A stretch of DNA of 14,345 nt from NCBI GenBank assembly GCA_046598045.1, contig JBKJJJ010000144.1, positions 1-14,345 of the forward strand. Reading direction: 5' to 3'. The notes under the pieces were generated by a model. It worked only from the letters and a program-made list of their open reading frames with translations. It did no database searches and had not been told where the DNA came from. A program made the position numbers and the translations under genes. Source of the stretch: Candidatus Eiseniibacteriota bacterium. Its GTDB lineage: Bacteria > Eisenbacteria > RBG-16-71-46 > DASYSL01. This document shows, in pieces, positions 9,810 to 14,345 of the stretch (the stretch's first letter is position 1; the number at the start of each line of letters is the position of its first letter).

Positions 9810-10253
9810 TTAATCGAACGTTTCTTCCAGTCGCATAAGAAGGTCGCCGTCCTGGTCGCGGATCACGACGAACCCCGACTTCTCGAGCACCCGCCGCGAC
9901 CCGACGTTCGACTTCGCCAGTTGTGCGAAGAGCGGGCGGAGCGGCACGATCGGCAGGAACTGGGAAAGAGCCGCCGACGCGTAACCGCGGCCCCAGTATT
10001 CCCTGCCGAGCCAGTACCCGATCTCGCGCAGGCCGTCGCGCTCGAAGCTCTGGACGTTGCCGACGACCGCGCCATCCACCTCGATGATCCGCGCCCAGAC
10101 TTCGGGGTTCGCCCGCTTGTCGGCCCAGTGCGCCATAAACGCGTCCCGATCGCGCGGCGGCCAGTCGGCGAGCTTCCACGCGACGGGGTCCGCCTGCTGC
10201 TCATAGAGGATGGGCAGGTCCTCATCGCGAACTGCTCTCAGGGTCACCGGCAT
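9810..10253 (-). CDS. GNAT family N-acetyltransferase (RimJ/RimL-like)
   Basis: MPVTLRAVRDEDLP..., EIGYWLGREYWGRGYAS (acetyl-CoA motif), NVGSRRVLEKSGF. ATG at 10253 is preferred over GTG 10268. Confidence 0.9.
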   Translation of the reverse strand: MPVTLRAVRDEDLPILYEQQADPVAWKLADWPPRDRDAFMAHWADKRANPEVWARIIEVDGAVVGNVQSFERDGLREIGYWLGREYWGRGYASAALSQFLPIVPLRPLFAQLAKSNVGSRRVLEKSGFVVIRDQDGDLLMRLEETFD

Positions 10254-10259
10254 GAGCCC

Positions 10260-10265
10260 ATCGTA
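10260..10265 (-). promoter_or_regulatory. Putative -10 box for a leaderless GNAT transcript
   Basis: Minus strand reads TACGAT-gggctc-ATG, with no Shine-Dalgarno sequence. Confidence 0.45.
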
Positions 10266-10282
10266 CACCGGCTCGAGAGGGC

Positions 10283-13200
10283 TCAGTGCACGACCACCAC
10301 CTTGCGCACTTCGCGAAAGTCACCGACACGCGCGCGCACAAAGTAGATCCCGCTCCGGGAGGCGGCACCCCGGTCGTCGAGCGCGTCCCACACCAGCTCG
10401 TGCCGCCCCGCCGGGTAGCGGCCACGCGCAAGGCTCCGCACGAGACGCCCGCGCACGTCGAGCGCCTGCACCTCGACGTCGTCGGCGACCGGCAGATCGA
10501 GCCGGAATCGCATCCGGCCGCTCGATGGATTGCCGGTCTTCAGCCCGAACGCCAGCGACGCGGGCAGGTCCGGATCGACGCCGACCATTCCAGAGGCGAC
10601 GGCGAAGCTCGCGTCGCTCGCATCGGTCCGCGTGCCCACCGCCACGTCGGTGACGCGGATGCGCGCGTTGCTCGAGGCCGGAGGCGTGACGATCCACGGC
10701 ATCGACGTGCCCGACACGTTGGTCGCGATCGGTTGCCAGCTCGCGCCGCCGTTGCGGGACACGGACACGTCCACGCCCTGGATTCCGGCGCCCTTGGTCC
10801 ACGTGATCTGCTGGGTGCTTGCGAGCGTGGGCGACGTCGGAGCGCTTGCCTCCGAGGCGTCGAATTTCATTGGCTTGGGAGTCCTCGCCGCGTCCGGCGG
10901 CAAAGAGGGGAACACCGCGGGCCAGATCTCGCCCCCGTTCGGTGCGAGCAGTGTGAGATTGCCGGCGAGCAGGGGGGCGTTGGGATACGTGAGCACGCTC
11001 ACTGTCTGGCAGTCCCTTTGGCTGATGACGACGTCCGACCGACCGTCGCCGACGAAGTCCCCGGCCGTAATGCCCCACGCGTTCATCTGGGCGACCTGCT
11101 GGCTTGGGCCGAACGTGCCGTCGCCCCTACCCGGGAACATCTCGACGGCTTGAAGGCTGTCGAGCGTATAGACCACGTCGAGGTCGCCGTCCTGGTCGAA
11201 ATCGAGGAGCGCGAGATCGCGGGGAGTCGAGACTGTCGGATAATTGACCACAAGACCGTACGGTTGCCCCATCGGGCATCCCGGATTGAGCACACCGTTC
11301 TTGAGGCGAACGCGAATGCGCCGTTGGGTTGTGTACACCTGGTCCGAGAGCCCGTCCCCGTTGAGATCACCGAGCGCGAAGCCGAAGCCGGAGAGGGCAG
11401 GGACGGGTGACCCGATCCCGTTCTGGCATGCAACCACCGCGCCGGGTGCGGTCCAGACTCCCAGGGCGAACGGCTGGTACGTCATGTCGAGCGTTCCGTC
11501 GAGATTGACGTCCGAGAGGACGACCTGCCGGGCATACGAGGCGCCGCCGGAAACCCGGGTCCCGGTGCCGAAGCTCCCGTCCCAGACTCCGCCCGAGCCC
11601 GTGCCGCGCAGGAGTTCGAGACCGCCGCGCGTGACGACTCCCGCCGAATCCAACAGGCACGGCACCAGGTCCAGGATCCCGTCCTGGTCCATGTCGGCGA
11701 CGGCGATGCCATCGACGCGACCCAGCAGGGGAACCTGGGTCGACGCTGCGAATGTGCCGCCCTGGTTCAGGAAGATCGAAACCACGCCGCCGGAGCCTGA
11801 TTGCGCGACCGCGAGGTCCACGAAACCGTTCGCGTCGAAGTCGGCCACCGCGACTTTGGTCGGAAGCTGCAGCAGTGGGAGGGTCTGCTGGATCACGAAC
11901 GTTCCGTCACCGAGCCCGCCGCTCCCGGATCCCCGCAGGATGCGCACTTCCGGCGGATAAGCCGCGTTGCAGACGGCCAAGTCGCCGATGCCATCGTTAT
12001 TGAAGTCTCCGGTGCTGATGGACCGTGGGCCCGGCCCCGCGTACGTCGTCCATCCGGTCGGCGGACAGGAGGGGTATGGATCCGTCTTGATCCCCGCGAG
12101 CTGCGCCTGCGGGAGGGCGTCGACGCCGCGGAACGTGCCACCGATGAAGACGTCCCGACCCACCGTCGACAGCGCCAATACCTCATGATCCGCGATCTCC
12201 AGGCTCAGGTAGGTATTGGCTCCGGATGTCGCGTCGAAGCTCGCGAGGCGCCGTCGCGCCTGCGCGCCGACCGAGGTGAAGTCGCCCGCTGCGACAATTT
12301 CCGTTCCGTTGCGGGCAAGGCAACGCACGATGCCGTCTGCATTCGGATTGAACAATGGATCGACCGTGTTCGTCGAGATGTCAAGCTTGGCGATCCGGTT
12401 TCGCGATTGTCCGCCGATCGTCGTGAAGTCACCGCCGGCATAGAGCGCATTGCCGTCGACCAGCAGGGTGCGGACTGTACCGTTCGGGTTCGGATTGAAA
12501 CCCCTGACGCTAGCGGACACGGTCCGGTCGGCGCTCGCGATTCGGTTCCGCGGCTGGCCCTGACATGTGGTGAACAGGCCGCCGAGGTAGACGGCCCCTG
12601 TGGTGACCGCGAGGGAGAGCACCGGGCCGTCGACATCGAGGTACCATCCGATGTCCACCGCGGTGCGAAGATCGACCATCCCCACGTATGGGGTTCGCGA
12701 ACCGTTGCGACCGAGGAACGTACCCCCGAAGACGGCCGTCGTGTCCTGAATCGCGAGCGCGAGCACCGAGCCGCTGTCGACGTGCGGGTCCCAGTCAGAC
12801 GGCACACCCGTATAGGCATCGACCGCGGCGAGACGTCCGCGGGCCTGCCCACCAATCGACGTGAAGTCGCCCCCCGCATACACCGTGTAGGCCTCGGATC
12901 CGTACGTCCCGATTTGGAGAACCCGGACGGCGCCGTTCGGATCGGGGGAAAACGGCAGGACCTTGCCGGTCGTCACGTCGATCGCCGCGAGATTCTGGCG
13001 CGCCACACCGGCGAGCCCGCTGAATTCGCCGCCGACGTAGCAGCGGGCCCCGGTGTTGTCGAGGCTCACCGTCTTCACTTCTTCGTTCGGTCCCTGCCCA
13101 AACGCCGCCGGCACGCCGGTCGTCGCATTGACGCGCGCGATCCGGTTGCACGCCTGCCCGCCGACGTGCTTGAACTTGCCGCCGAGGATCACGTGGGTCC

Positions 13201-14203
13201 CCGCAAACACCAGCGCGTCGATCGTGTCGTCCGCGTTCGGATCCCACGAAGTCGCGATGCCCGTGGTCGGACTGAACGCGGCAATCCGGTTGCGGGGGAG
13301 CCCGCCCGCAAACGTGAACGCTCCGCACACGTAGGTCTGCCCGAGCTCCTGGATGTCGTAGACCGTACCGTTGGGATTCGGGTTCCACGCGGTGGCCAAG
13401 CCGGCGGTCGTGATCTCGGCGAGATTCGTCCGCGGCTGCCCGCCGATGGAAGTGAACGTCCCGCCGATGAGCCAGGTGACGGTGGGGCCGGGGCGGGAGA
13501 CGACCTCGATCGCCTGCACGGTGCCGTTGCAGTTCGGATTCCACGTCCCGAGCGCGCCGGTCGCTCGCGTGATTTGCGCGACGCGATTGCGCGACGTCGC
13601 CCCGACAAAGGTGAAGTCGCCACCGGCGTAGAGCGACCCGCCCGTTAAGTAGAGTGCGCGGACGACGCTGTTCGGGCCCGGGTTGAACGCGGTCGCCGCC
13701 CCGCTGGCGTCGAGCTCCGCGAGACGAGCGCGATTCTGGCCGCCGATCGTCGTGAATGCCCCGCCCGCATAGACCGCGCCCGTGCCCAGGTCGGTCGCGA
13801 GGGCAAGAACCGCCTCGTTCGGGCTCGGGTTCCAAGCCGTGACGGAGAGGTTCGAGGCGACATGCGCCAGGTTCGTGCGCGCCAGGCCGCCCACCTTCGT
13901 GAACAGGCCGCCGATGTACCAGCCGCCGGCGCCGTCGCTCACGGAGGTGAACACGCGTCCGATGACCTGGGGGAACCCGAACGTGGTGGCGCCCGTATTC
14001 ATGTCGATCGGGATGCCCGCGCCGGTCGCCAGCGAGATCTCGGTGAACTGGCCGCCGACGTAGAGCGTCTGGTCGTGTTGCGCCACGGCGAAGACCGAGC
14101 CGTTCGTCACGGGAACATTCTGGTCGACAAGTTGGGCCTGGGACGTCGTGACAAACAGTGCGCTCCAAACGCAGGCGAGTAGCAGGCTGGACAGGAACGA
14201 CAT
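10283..14203 (-). CDS. Large secreted protein: beta-propeller-type repeats, FG-GAP/VCBS repeats, Ig-like domain, C-terminal FlgD-Ig-like domain
   Basis: ATG at 14203 follows GAGGAG. Signal peptide MSFLSSLLLACVWSALFVTTSQA; about 12-13 repeats of YxGGxFTxxGGQxRxxLA...WNPxPNGxVxAL; Ca-binding-type GDFNNDGIGDL, ADFDANGFVDL, ADMDQDGILDL, GDLNGDGLSD, DFDQDGDLD; APNGGEIW..ITW..SRNGGASW; C-terminal DVRGRLVRSL..WDALDDRG..SGIYFVR. Confidence 0.88.
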   Translation of the reverse strand: MSFLSSLLLACVWSALFVTTSQAQLVDQNVPVTNGSVFAVAQHDQTLYVGGQFTEISLATGAGIPIDMNTGATTFGFPQVIGRVFTSVSDGAGGWYIGGLFTKVGGLARTNLAHVASNLSVTAWNPSPNEAVLALATDLGTGAVYAGGAFTTIGGQNRARLAELDASGAATAFNPGPNSVVRALYLTGGSLYAGGDFTFVGATSRNRVAQITRATGALGTWNPNCNGTVQAIEVVSRPGPTVTWLIGGTFTSIGGQPRTNLAEITTAGLATAWNPNPNGTVYDIQELGQTYVCGAFTFAGGLPRNRIAAFSPTTGIATSWDPNADDTIDALVFAGTHVILGGKFKHVGGQACNRIARVNATTGVPAAFGQGPNEEVKTVSLDNTGARCYVGGEFSGLAGVARQNLAAIDVTTGKVLPFSPDPNGAVRVLQIGTYGSEAYTVYAGGDFTSIGGQARGRLAAVDAYTGVPSDWDPHVDSGSVLALAIQDTTAVFGGTFLGRNGSRTPYVGMVDLRTAVDIGWYLDVDGPVLSLAVTTGAVYLGGLFTTCQGQPRNRIASADRTVSASVRGFNPNPNGTVRTLLVDGNALYAGGDFTTIGGQSRNRIAKLDISTNTVDPLFNPNADGIVRCLARNGTEIVAAGDFTSVGAQARRRLASFDATSGANTYLSLEIADHEVLALSTVGRDVFIGGTFRGVDALPQAQLAGIKTDPYPSCPPTGWTTYAGPGPRSISTGDFNNDGIGDLAVCNAAYPPEVRILRGSGSGGLGDGTFVIQQTLPLLQLPTKVAVADFDANGFVDLAVAQSGSGGVVSIFLNQGGTFAASTQVPLLGRVDGIAVADMDQDGILDLVPCLLDSAGVVTRGGLELLRGTGSGGVWDGSFGTGTRVSGGASYARQVVLSDVNLDGTLDMTYQPFALGVWTAPGAVVACQNGIGSPVPALSGFGFALGDLNGDGLSDQVYTTQRRIRVRLKNGVLNPGCPMGQPYGLVVNYPTVSTPRDLALLDFDQDGDLDVVYTLDSLQAVEMFPGRGDGTFGPSQQVAQMNAWGITAGDFVGDGRSDVVISQRDCQTVSVLTYPNAPLLAGNLTLLAPNGGEIWPAVFPSLPPDAARTPKPMKFDASEASAPTSPTLASTQQITWTKGAGIQGVDVSVSRNGGASWQPIATNVSGTSMPWIVTPPASSNARIRVTDVAVGTRTDASDASFAVASGMVGVDPDLPASLAFGLKTGNPSSGRMRFRLDLPVADDVEVQALDVRGRLVRSLARGRYPAGRHELVWDALDDRGAASRSGIYFVRARVGDFREVRKVVVVH

Positions 14204-14293
14204 GCGAGGCTCCTCAGGCAGTGGGGTGATGAACGACGGACATCCACTGGAGGAAGCAGCAAACACGCGGAAGAAGGCTCAGGCCCGGTTATT

Positions 14294-14321
14294 AGTCAAC
14301 ATAATTATTATTATGCGCCAT
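14294..14321 (-). other. dif-like XerC/XerD recombination site (28 bp)
   Basis: Minus strand ATGGCGCATAA-TAATAA-TTATGTTGACT versus E. coli dif GGTGCGCATAA-TGTATA-TTATGTTAAAT: 8/11 in the XerC arm, 9/11 in the XerD arm, with a 6-bp spacer. Confidence 0.75.
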
Positions 14322-14345
14322 TAGTCTCCGCCCCCCAATCGCCCA

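Noticed and set aside
14204..14266. Upstream start of the large protein at 14266
   Set aside because: The GAGGAG RBS and signal peptide support ATG 14203.

Overview
GC-rich bacterial chromosomal window. The two secreted proteins with C-terminal FlgD-Ig-like domains suggest an FCB-group organism such as Ca. Eisenbacteria (inference). Gene order: 3' end of kdpD and kdpE (+); a membrane-anchored thioredoxin-like CxC protein (RedB-like) translationally coupled to a TM-PAS-HisKA-HATPase-REC-REC-HPt hybrid kinase (+); a secreted parallel beta-helix protein (-); leuS (+); a GNAT acetyltransferase (-); and a 1306-aa secreted beta-propeller/FG-GAP protein (-). The most interesting signals are non-coding. 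(1) Two homologous intergenic elements (1492-1617 and 6833-6914) have a conserved head and tail around a variable number (9 vs 4) of CGTAC-type cores at exact 9-bp spacing. (2) A 28-bp XerC/XerD dif-like site lies at 14294-14321. (3) GC-rich 9-nt tandem expansions recur both in intergenic DNA and in protein linkers. All calls were made by eye; no searches were run.
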